Source: Chloroflexota bacterium
Lineage (GTDB): Bacteria; Chloroflexota; Dehalococcoidia; SZUA-161; SpSt-899
Direction: 5' to 3'
NCBI GenBank assembly: GCA_013203045.1
Contig: JABMQN010000059.1
Span: 1-62,889, forward strand
DNA length: 62,889 bases
Shown one piece after another: positions 19,347 to 27,342 of the stretch. The notes below the pieces were generated by a model. The model saw nothing but the letters and a program-made list of their open reading frames with translations, ran no database searches and was not told where the DNA came from. The translations under genes were made by a program, and so were the position numbers. Numbering within the stretch: the stretch's first letter is position 1; each line of letters opens with the position of its first letter.

Positions 19347-20223
19347 GACTTGTTCCTTCAACCGGATAACCGGCATCTTCCCATGCCTGCATCCCTCCTT
19401 CAATCGTTGTTACATTGTCGTATCCCGCTTCAATTAGTATTTGCACCGCCCGGGCGCTACTATTTTCATCCGGTCAGGTGCAATAGGTGATAATCTCGTC
19501 ATAATTCTCAAACTCATCGTATGGTTCTACCATATCGTCCAAGGGAATTGAAATAGCTCCGGGGATGTGGGCCTCATCATAGCTGTGCTGGTGGCGAGAA
19601 TCGATGATTATTACATTGACACCTTCATCCAAACGTGCCTTCACTGCGCGCACACTGATGCGAGGAATCTCCGGTAGATACTCACTTGGAGGTAACTCTG
19701 CATCAAGCTCAAGTTCTTCTATTGGATATCCAGCCTCTTTCCAAGCCCTGAACCCCCCTTCAATCGTTGTCACATTATCGTATCCTGCTTCAATTAGTAT
19801 TTGCGCCGCCCGGGCGCTACTATTTTCATCCGGTCAGGTGCAATAGGTGATGATTTCCTCATAGCCCTCCAGTTCAATGGATTCGGTCTTTGATACTGCT
19901 CCAATAATATGAGATTCATTGTAGTCCTCTATGGGGCGGGAATCGACGATCAGTATGTTGGCTCCAGCATCGAGTTTTGACTTCACTTCATGGATACTGA
20001 TTCGTGGCACTTCAGGAAGATAGGAGCTAGGCGGCAACTCTGTGATCGCAGGAGTTAACGATGTTTCTGTTGCGGGAATCCCTGTATTTGTACCAGGTGT
20101 TTGAGTATTAGCAGTATCGGTGATTTCTATTTCTCCGGTGCTTCCCCCATTGGAGCAGCTTGCAAATAGCAGGAAAAAGCAGACGGTTAGAATCCCAAGA
20201 GTTACAGTTTTTTTGTTTATCAC
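19339..20223 (-). CDS. tandem-rhodanese lipoprotein with two in-frame UGA (predicted selenocysteine) codons at 19834..19836 and 19474..19476
   Basis: Track ORFs 19834..20223 and 19474..19773 share one frame. Translation stays open through both TGAs to TGA 19339..19341, giving 294 codons. The sequence after each TGA completes the rhodanese fold. The N-terminus has a signal peptide and the lipobox LFASC. Confidence 0.75.
19432..19464 (-). promoter_or_regulatory. SECIS-like hairpin downstream of UGA-2
   Basis: It starts 12 nt after the UGA. Lower stem AGUA/UACU, 3' AAA bulge, upper stem GCGCC/GGUGC, and G-rich apical loop CGGGC. Confidence 0.55.
19792..19824 (-). promoter_or_regulatory. SECIS-like hairpin downstream of UGA-1
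   Basis: The geometry matches 19432..19464. The single stem difference (GGCGC versus GGUGC) turns a G.U pair into a G-C pair. Confidence 0.55.
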
Positions 20224-20275
20224 AATCTCCCTAATTTGGTGTCAGGGTATGACCGATTTCTATAGGGGACGAAGT

Positions 20276-20686
20276 TCAGAAACGAATCTCCATTGCCCTG
20301 GATGGGCAGGAGCGTACGCAAATCTCGCAAGCTATGCATTTAGTGTGATCGAAATTAACCTTCATAGTTGGACGTTCAACACTCAAAGCACCCCCGGTGC
20401 AGAGTACAACGCAGGAACCGCAATGGATGCATTTCTCCTCATCCCGGACAACATCCTTGCTTAATGGCTGAATTGCCACTCCTGTCTGCGCAAGATATTC
20501 ATTACCTTTATTATAGTTACTCTCTTCACCGCTCAGTTCCACCACCAGCACGCCTTCTTCATTAGGAGTTACGGAGGCCTTCAATATGTTGAAATCGATA
20601 TTATAATCCCTAGCTAACCGGCACAATATCGGTTGATCAACTAATTTACGAGGAAAGTGTAGAACTAATCTCTTCGAGACTGTCAT
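20276..20686 (-). CDS. NIL-domain / 2x[4Fe-4S] ferredoxin protein (MA1822-type homocysteine biosynthesis partner)
   Basis: N-terminal NIL-like domain (LVLHFP...QPIL..LA.....FNIL.A) plus CIHCGSCVVLC and CIACEICVRSCP. The likely start is ATG 20686, with GGAGGAG 8 nt upstream. The track ORF starts at 20710. Confidence 0.8.
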   Translation of the reverse strand: MTVSKRLVLHFPRKLVDQPILCRLARDYNIDFNILKASVTPNEEGVLVVELSGEESNYNKGNEYLAQTGVAIQPLSKDVVRDEEKCIHCGSCVVLCTGGALSVERPTMKVNFDHTKCIACEICVRSCPSRAMEIRF

Positions 20687-20690
20687 TGTA

Positions 20691-21896
20691 TCACTCCTCC
20701 CACCTTTCATTCAGAGGTTTGAACTGTATCCCATCCTCTAACCCCGGTAATGGAGTAACCGGATCGGTGAGCAGGAAATCGCCTTTGAGAATCCAATCTT
20801 TGAGTGTATGAGCAATTTCTACTGCCTTTGAGTAACTGGATATCGATGCCGTTGGAACCTCTTTGCCGGAAACCTCTATCTTCCCGCTCTTGAGGTCGGA
20901 ATAGCTTACTTCTCCCAGAACATCGGGTTTGCGTCCCGGGTATGCTTCAGAATAGTCCACGATTGGAGCGAATATCTCTTCATCTTTCACCGATGTGTAA
21001 CGCAGGACATCCTCGGACAGGATAGGTATAGGCACACCAACGCCCACAGCCATAGTGGTACCATAACCCCGCATACTTATTCCCCTGAGCCAAGCGGACT
21101 TCATTTGCTTCAGGTCACCAATTACAGCAAGTGTTCCCGATGGTCTGTGAGGCATGTCGTTTTCTCCTCTGGGAACGCCCGGGTTATGCTGGGTACCTTG
21201 CCAGGATACATAACCAATACCACCTCCCAGAAAGATCTTAGTGCCAATTCCAATGGTCTTGTAAAGAGGATCGTTCAATAACGGTGACAGCTGTCCTGCA
21301 CTACAGTAATTGGCGTTGCCCAGGTTTCGTTTAAGCGTGCCCATGTATGTATAGATTGTTTTGTCCGAGAGATTAACGCCCACATTGTAGTTCTGGTATG
21401 CATTTCTGATATTGAACAGCACAGCTTCATTCATCTCTTCAAGCCTGACCAAAGTCTCGACTTTCTTTCTGGGATAGCAATCGGTTCCATAAGCTGTTGC
21501 CTCTAGTTTTACATCTTTCCCTGCCACCAGTTCCTCGATCACATGCCCGCCGCCGTAGTCAAACGAGCCAGGATAAGTTTTATTCCTTGGATCATCCTCG
21601 GGCATGGCGGTTACTCCAAGGAAAACGTCTACCGCAGCAAGTCCGGTATAGAGAGGGACATCGTTCAGAGTAGCTTTTCCACCACCGATCTTAATGCGAG
21701 GTGCTGAATGACCCAGATTAAAGTATGCTCCTGAAGAACACATTGGACCAAAGGTTCCGGTGGTTACTACGTCGATTGCTTTCGCTGCTTCCTCAACACC
21801 CTTTTCTTCGACAATACCAATGATCTCTTCAGCAGTCACCACGACTGCCTGTCCGCTACGGATCTTTTCATTGATTTCCGAGATTGTTTTTGTCAC
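20691..21896 (-). CDS. COG1900/DUF39 homocysteine biosynthesis protein (MA1821-type)
   Basis: 401 aa. The N-terminal pattern T..EIN.KI..G.AVV.TAEE and TTGTFG.M.SSGA is as recalled for COG1900. It is adjacent to the NIL-ferredoxin gene. Confidence 0.8.
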   Translation of the reverse strand: MTKTISEINEKIRSGQAVVVTAEEIIGIVEEKGVEEAAKAIDVVTTGTFGPMCSSGAYFNLGHSAPRIKIGGGKATLNDVPLYTGLAAVDVFLGVTAMPEDDPRNKTYPGSFDYGGGHVIEELVAGKDVKLEATAYGTDCYPRKKVETLVRLEEMNEAVLFNIRNAYQNYNVGVNLSDKTIYTYMGTLKRNLGNANYCSAGQLSPLLNDPLYKTIGIGTKIFLGGGIGYVSWQGTQHNPGVPRGENDMPHRPSGTLAVIGDLKQMKSAWLRGISMRGYGTTMAVGVGVPIPILSEDVLRYTSVKDEEIFAPIVDYSEAYPGRKPDVLGEVSYSDLKSGKIEVSGKEVPTASISSYSKAVEIAHTLKDWILKGDFLLTDPVTPLPGLEDGIQFKPLNERWEE

Positions 21897-22026
21897 AATC
21901 TTACTCCTTATGGATTAGCTATTTTCTATTCGTTTGGCCCTTTCAGGCATAGCATGATCCATAACATTACACTATCCTTCTCTGAGACGACGTGGATACT
22001 TTCGGTAAAAATTTGGCTTAGCATCA

Positions 22027-22461
22027 CTATTTAGCAGCAATATCACGTAATTTCTTCTTCTGTCTTTCCACCAGATCCTGTAACGTTACCCCATCCAACA
22101 CTTCTTCCATTGCTTCTTTTACTTCTCCCCAAAGATCACAAGTGGCGCAGGAATCGGCACGTGGGCAAACGCTGGGATCATCCACACATTCAACAGGCGC
22201 TATTGAACCTTCGAGAAGTTCAATTACTTCCCGTACCTTGATGTCCTCTGGCCGTCGACCCAGCGCGACTCCTCCAGACGGACCACGAGTGCTTACTAGA
22301 AAACCTTCTCTTACGAGTGGAGCAATAATTCGCTCCAGGTAGTATAGAGAAATCTGTTGTCTTTCAGCGATATATTTTAATTGAACCAGACCTTCATCCT
22401 GGCTAAGAGCCACCTCCAACAATGCACGAGTACCATATCTACCTTTGGTGGATATTTTCAT
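22027..22461 (-). CDS. Rrf2-family transcriptional regulator (3-Cys, Fe-S type)
   Basis: 144 aa with the MKISTKGRYGTRALL.. wHTH and C-terminal Cys ligands (CVDDPSVCPRADSCATC). Confidence 0.85.
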   Translation of the reverse strand: MKISTKGRYGTRALLEVALSQDEGLVQLKYIAERQQISLYYLERIIAPLVREGFLVSTRGPSGGVALGRRPEDIKVREVIELLEGSIAPVECVDDPSVCPRADSCATCDLWGEVKEAMEEVLDGVTLQDLVERQKKKLRDIAAK

Positions 22462-22474
22462 ACGTTCAACCTCA

Positions 22475-22499
22475 ATTGTTGACCATCTTTATCAACAAT
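22475..22499. promoter_or_regulatory. 25-bp perfect dyad ATTGTTGA-N9-TCAACAAT, a candidate Rrf2 operator
   Basis: It lies 14 nt upstream of the Rrf2 start codon. The 8-9-8 dyad has the size typical of IscR-type sites. Confidence 0.4.
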
Positions 22500-22607
22500 A
22501 TCACAATGCAATAAAAACGTCAATTATTCGGTGTCATTCGTTCAAGATAACAACGATAGACGAGGATTTAGTCTTCTGTCATCTTGAGTATAAAACAGGT
22601 CAGTTCC

Positions 22608-23123
22608 CTAATCATTCTCTTTAATGAGCGTTTTCAGCGTTTCAATATCATGCCTCAACCGCTTTTGCCTCTGTTGAAGAAATAGAACGTATCCAAAGAT
22701 GACCACCCATACGATGGCGAAAGCTGCAAACAGATATTCGAGATTGTCATCTTCACCGGAATCAAATGGGAATACTGTTATCTCGACAGATTTGATATTT
22801 TCGCCGGATTCGAAAGTGATTGGCGAGCTGTGAAACTCCGAATCTCCATAATGAACCGAAACGAAATACGTGTAATCAGGGTCAGTCGGGAGGTTCGAAA
22901 AACTAAATGTGCCATCGTCATTGGTTCTGGTCCCATAAGAAGTTTCGATCTTCGCCCCGATAAACCAAGTTATTGTGGCTTCCAGATCAGATACATCTCC
23001 TTCCCCATTCGGTTCGATCTTTACCTGTCCCTCTATCTGTCCTTCCGGAGATCCTTGAGCGGCTACGGCACTGGGGATACATAAAATCAGTATGACTACA
23101 AAAACAACAATTGATCTTTTCAT
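22608..23123 (-). CDS. secreted beta-sandwich (carboxypeptidase-regulatory-like) domain fused to a CcmD-like C-terminal TM helix
   Basis: 171 aa with a signal peptide and DGTFSFSNLP..DY. The C-terminal LFAAFAIVWVVIFGYVLFLQQRQKRL resembles alternative CcmD proteins. It is the last gene of the ccm array. Confidence 0.45.
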   Translation of the reverse strand: MKRSIVVFVVILILCIPSAVAAQGSPEGQIEGQVKIEPNGEGDVSDLEATITWFIGAKIETSYGTRTNDDGTFSFSNLPTDPDYTYFVSVHYGDSEFHSSPITFESGENIKSVEITVFPFDSGEDDNLEYLFAAFAIVWVVIFGYVLFLQQRQKRLRHDIETLKTLIKEND

Positions 23124-23319
23124 AGGTAACTCCCTATGTCATGTTCGTTATTCATCAATTAGACCTCTAAACATGTCATTCCGTCTTTCCGGTATCGGAA
23201 GGATGATTCGGAATCCATCTCCCCGCACCCTGAAAACCAAGCATTCATGATCCCGCCACCCGCCCAGAGGGAGTGCCCTCTGGGCGCACCGATAGTTTGT
23301 TTTCATCTTCCGTGGGTGA

Positions 23320-23994
23320 TTATTCTTCAAGCAGCCCTCGCAGGCGCTTAACTTCGGCAATTCCACTCTTTAGCGAGACATTTCGCATGATGAGGAGGCA
23401 ATACAAAATGGTGAAAGTTGTTATGCTCACCAGCAAGGTCAGGAGCATCGATCCCTCAAGATCGCTAACAAGTTCCGGGGGATGTTGAGTTCGCCACAGG
23501 TTGACCGATAGGTACACAATGGGGACATTTATGAAGCCAACAATTCCGATCACTGCTGCAAATCTTGCGCCTTTTTCTTCCTCCTCGGCAAAACTCCGCA
23601 CTAGCAAATATGCAATATATGTCAGCCACAAAATAAGGCTTGAGGTCAGGCGGGCATCCCATGTCCACCAGGAACCCCATTCCGGTCGAGCCCAGATAGG
23701 TCCGGTGATTAGAACCAGGGTGGTGAACACAACGCCAATCTCTGCCGATGCATGCGCCAATGTGTCCCATTTTGTATCTCTCTTCCACAAGTAGAGAATA
23801 CTTGTTATGAAGACGACGAAAAATGCCAGGAAAGCCACCCAGGCCAGTGGTACGTGGAAGTAGAAAATCCGCTGAATTATGCCCATGCCTTTTTCTGTGG
23901 GGACATAGATAAACATGAGGTATAGAGAAATCATCATTAAGGCAAAACCTAGCCCCAACAATGTGTTGTTTCTCAGTGATCCTCGAATCTTCAT
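23320..23994 (-). CDS. ccmC: heme exporter protein CcmC
   Basis: 224 aa with a Trp-rich WGSWWTWDARL motif and flanking His residues. Confidence 0.85.
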   Translation of the reverse strand: MKIRGSLRNNTLLGLGFALMMISLYLMFIYVPTEKGMGIIQRIFYFHVPLAWVAFLAFFVVFITSILYLWKRDTKWDTLAHASAEIGVVFTTLVLITGPIWARPEWGSWWTWDARLTSSLILWLTYIAYLLVRSFAEEEEKGARFAAVIGIVGFINVPIVYLSVNLWRTQHPPELVSDLEGSMLLTLLVSITTFTILYCLLIMRNVSLKSGIAEVKRLRGLLEE

Positions 23995-24686
23995 TATTCC
24001 TCGATAACAAATTCAAAAACTAAAGCTGATACTACCAGAAAAATAACATCAAACGCTATCAATATCTCAAGCCACGAAGACATTTCATGCCATGTCCCGC
24101 TATTCAATATTAGATCAGTGGCTTTCACGGCTGCAATAATCACCGGCACAACAACAGGGAAGAAAATGATCGGCAAGGCCATATCCCTGGCTTTTGTATT
24201 AGCTGCCAGGGCAGAGAACAACGTGCCCACTGATGCAAAGCCCAATGTTCCAAGCAGAGCCACGATAGCAAGCCGGGGCATCCATAGTGGCAGGTCGAAA
24301 AGAATAAGGAAAATTGGAAATACGACAGCTTCAATGATCAGCATTAAAACTAGACTGCTGATCATCTTTCCCCAATATAGGACATCGCGACTTACCGGGC
24401 ACAGCATGAGACCTTCGAGGCATCCCTTTTCCTTTTCCACAACGAAAGTGCGATTCATGCTAAGCACCCCGGCAAACGTAAACGTTACCCATAGGACACC
24501 CGGTGCCACCAGCCCGATTGTATCGGAATCTGATTCAAACGCGAAGTTGAAAATGATTATTACCAGGATTGCAAAGAGGAGAACTGATGAAGCCACTGCC
24601 TTTGTCCTGAACTCAGACAGGAGGTCCTTGAAGAAAATCGTCATTACTTTACCCAGGTAATTGATCACGATCTTGCTCCAACACAA
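23994..24686 (-). CDS. ccmB: heme exporter permease CcmB
   Basis: 230-aa ABC-2-type 6-TM permease between ccmA and ccmC. The true start may be ATG 24644. Confidence 0.75.
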   Translation of the reverse strand: MCWSKIVINYLGKVMTIFFKDLLSEFRTKAVASSVLLFAILVIIIFNFAFESDSDTIGLVAPGVLWVTFTFAGVLSMNRTFVVEKEKGCLEGLMLCPVSRDVLYWGKMISSLVLMLIIEAVVFPIFLILFDLPLWMPRLAIVALLGTLGFASVGTLFSALAANTKARDMALPIIFFPVVVPVIIAAVKATDLILNSGTWHEMSSWLEILIAFDVIFLVVSALVFEFVIEE

Positions 24687-25399
24687 CGATTGTAGGTCTC
24701 TCGAAAGGTAGTCATATCTAAGCTTTGTTTGGAATCCTCGTAAACTATTTTACCTTTAACAAGAATTGCCAACCGATCTGCTAATGCGAATCCCCATTCA
24801 AGATTGTGCGTGGTCAACAAAACTGTCCGATTGCCCGCAACGAGTGTTTTCAAAAGCTCACTTAGAGTGCTGCGAGCTTGTTCATCCAAGCCCGTTTCCG
24901 GTTCATCCAGTAGCATGATGGGAGGATCATGAAGAATTGCTCGGGCGATGGAGAGCCTCTGCTGCATGCCGCGTGAAAAAATACCCACTCTATCCCGAAG
25001 ACGGCTTTCGAGTCCAACCTTCGTAATTACGTCTACAATGCGCTGCTCTAAATCAGGAACGTCATACATCTTGCCGTAGAACTTGAGGTTTTCGTAGGCA
25101 GTGAGGTTGTCGTAAAGGAAAGTCTGGTGACTCACTACACCAATTCTGCGCCGTACCGCTACGGCATTCTTTTTGATGTCTTCACCGGCAATAAGCACTT
25201 TACCGTTCGCTGGTCTGGAAAGAGTGGTGAGGACTTTGATGAGTGTGGTTTTCCCTGCGCCATTAGGACCAAACAGAGCGACGCATTCGCCCTCGTTGAT
25301 GCTGAGATCTATGCCTTTTAACGCGAAAAGACCTCCAAAAGACTTTGAAAGTCCTTTAGCTTCGATGGCGTATTTGATATCGTTTATATCGTCGCTCAA
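24665..25399 (-). CDS. ccmA: heme exporter ATP-binding protein CcmA
   Basis: 244 aa with Walker A (GPNGAGKTT), signature (FSRGMQQRL) and Walker B (LLLDEP). Confidence 0.8.
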   Translation of the reverse strand: MSDDINDIKYAIEAKGLSKSFGGLFALKGIDLSINEGECVALFGPNGAGKTTLIKVLTTLSRPANGKVLIAGEDIKKNAVAVRRRIGVVSHQTFLYDNLTAYENLKFYGKMYDVPDLEQRIVDVITKVGLESRLRDRVGIFSRGMQQRLSIARAILHDPPIMLLDEPETGLDEQARSTLSELLKTLVAGNRTVLLTTHNLEWGFALADRLAILVKGKIVYEDSKQSLDMTTFRETYNRCVGARS

Positions 25400-25430
25400 A
25401 GCTTCCTTCTTTGTTTTATCTCTTGACTAA

Positions 25431-25667
25431 CTAGTTTAGTTCGGCCTTGTATTTGGCGTCGAGCTCTCGGTATTCCTCGTCCGATATATGCCCCATTTCG
25501 TAATCCATTTCCAATTCTTCAAGTATCGAGTGTATAGTCGACTGCTTGACATGCAGCTGTTTTATGGTCTCTCTCTCTTCATCCTTTCTCTTTAATGGTC
25601 TGAACAAAGGATATGCAACGAACAAAATACCAATAATGAGCAGAATAACACTTACTGCAACAACCAT
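25431..25667 (-). CDS. small membrane-anchored protein in the ccm cluster (function unknown)
   Basis: 78 aa with an N-terminal TM helix and a charged helical tail. Its ATG lies directly after the ccmF stop. Confidence 0.4.
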   Translation of the reverse strand: MVVAVSVILLIIGILFVAYPLFRPLKRKDEERETIKQLHVKQSTIHSILEELEMDYEMGHISDEEYRELDAKYKAELN

Positions 25668-25668
25668 A

Positions 25669-27333
25669 TCAGTTTTGCCTCATTACTAACTGCACGTGCT
25701 TCCGGTCTGGCCAGAAAGCGATAATTGCTCCCAGGAGCAATACACCCCCGCCCGCCCACATTAGATTGACTAACGAATTGTCTGAATGTAAAGAAGAACC
25801 TATTACTCCAATCGTGATTAGGATGATACCGATGTGAACGATGAATCCACCATATCTGGGCCTATTCTTCCAGATCAACGATACGAATGCTTTTAGTGCA
25901 TACTCACCTTTCGTTCTGTGACGCGCTCTGGTTCCTCTGGTCCATTCCTGCATTATGGTGAAGAACGGGAAACCACACACAAAGGCTGCAAGAGCATACC
26001 AGTTACCGACTCCCGAAATCAGGACGACTATCGCCGCAACAGAGCTGGCAGCAAAGGGGAAAAGGGCATTGCGTCGAAACATTCCGGGAGATGATTTGCG
26101 CCAACCGAGGAGGGGGCAAATACCCATGAAAAAGACCAGTGCAAGGAGTACGGGACCGGCTGACTTATCAAAGAAGCCCCGGTTAATCGCCACTTCTTCG
26201 TTCCCCAAATATTCGGCTACACCTGGAATTATCGTGCCCAAGAAAACAATCAAGACAATTATCACCAGGACTAGATTTGTTAATAGGAATGCTCCTTCCC
26301 GTGAAATGAAAGACAATGGTTTGTGTTCATCTTTAAGGCTTCTTCGACGCCAGACAATCACACCAAGTGATCCCGCAAGAACGATGATAATAAATGTAAG
26401 GATATACGGGGGCACGGGAGAATTATCGAACCCGTGCAGAGGCGATTCTTCAAGTCCACCATGGGTGATGAAGGGGCTCAATAACGTGAATATAAAAGTG
26501 AAAATGGCTAAAGCAATATACCAATGTTTAAGATAGCCTCTTTTGCGATGGATGGCGATGGAATGGACGAGCGCAGTACCGAGTAGCCATGGCATCAAAC
26601 CGGCATTTTCCACGGGATCCCAGGCCCAGTACCCACCCCAGTTTCCCACATCCCATGCCCACCAGGCTCCGACGAGATTCGCGATTCCCAGTGTGCACCA
26701 GGAAAAAAGAGCCCATCTTCGTATTCCACCGATCCATTCACTACCTCTTTTCCCCAGAACAAGTGCTCCCAGAATACAGGCAAAAACGATTGCGAAACCC
26801 GCAAATCCAAGGAACAGTAATAAAGGATGCATCACCATTGCCACATGCTGGTATGTTTGTCCGAGTCCGTCTGTCACTGTTAATGGGCTCTTCTCGAAGA
26901 CATCCAATCCGATAGTGATTAAAATTAAGAAAAATGCAAGAATGGCAGCAAGAATACCGGTAGCAGACCGAGTCATTTCAATGGATGTTTTACGTTTCTG
27001 GAAAGCCAATACCATAGAAAATATCGATATCAGCCAACCCCAGAACATCAATGAACCCGCTTTGTCAGAGTATAGTGCGGTGAGTTTGTAGATGAGGGGC
27101 ATGTCTTCATTGGAATGGATGGCTACCAATTTTATATCAAAATCATTTGTTATCAGCGCATAGAGCATGATTTCGATAGCCAGAGTGAAAAGAACAAAAG
27201 TAGCGATCAGCGCATTCCTGGCGCTGGCAGCCAGGGATATGCTTCCTCTCCGTGTATTGGCTATAGAGACAACTGCAGAATAGACAGAGAATATGAGTGC
27301 AAGTATCAGAGAGGCATTTCCGATATCGGCCAT
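25669..27333 (-). CDS. ccmF: cytochrome c heme lyase subunit CcmF (short form)
   Basis: 554-aa polytopic protein with a WWAWDVGNWGGYWAWDPVENA WWD-type motif. Confidence 0.85.
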   Translation of the reverse strand: MADIGNASLILALIFSVYSAVVSIANTRRGSISLAASARNALIATFVLFTLAIEIMLYALITNDFDIKLVAIHSNEDMPLIYKLTALYSDKAGSLMFWGWLISIFSMVLAFQKRKTSIEMTRSATGILAAILAFFLILITIGLDVFEKSPLTVTDGLGQTYQHVAMVMHPLLLFLGFAGFAIVFACILGALVLGKRGSEWIGGIRRWALFSWCTLGIANLVGAWWAWDVGNWGGYWAWDPVENAGLMPWLLGTALVHSIAIHRKRGYLKHWYIALAIFTFIFTLLSPFITHGGLEESPLHGFDNSPVPPYILTFIIIVLAGSLGVIVWRRRSLKDEHKPLSFISREGAFLLTNLVLVIIVLIVFLGTIIPGVAEYLGNEEVAINRGFFDKSAGPVLLALVFFMGICPLLGWRKSSPGMFRRNALFPFAASSVAAIVVLISGVGNWYALAAFVCGFPFFTIMQEWTRGTRARHRTKGEYALKAFVSLIWKNRPRYGGFIVHIGIILITIGVIGSSLHSDNSLVNLMWAGGGVLLLGAIIAFWPDRKHVQLVMRQN

Positions 27334-27342
27334 ATACTAGTT

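Noticed and set aside
19474-19836. An alternative genetic code (TGA read as Trp or Gly) could explain the open frame through the two TGAs.
   Set aside because: TGA works as a normal stop elsewhere in the window. Examples are the thiolase (150..152), ccmF (25669..25671, followed directly by the next ATG) and the NuoE-like gene (41404..41406, overlapping the next ATG). Global reassignment is therefore unlikely, and site-specific Sec decoding fits better.
23148-23366. A 72-aa ORF lies in the ccmC to CcmD-like spacer.
   Set aside because: It overlaps the ccmC 3' end. It runs through a 10-bp-stem hairpin (GCCCAGAGGG-agtg-CCCTCTGGGC) and an ATGTCATTCC repeat half-site. It is Arg/Cys/Gly-rich and looks non-coding.
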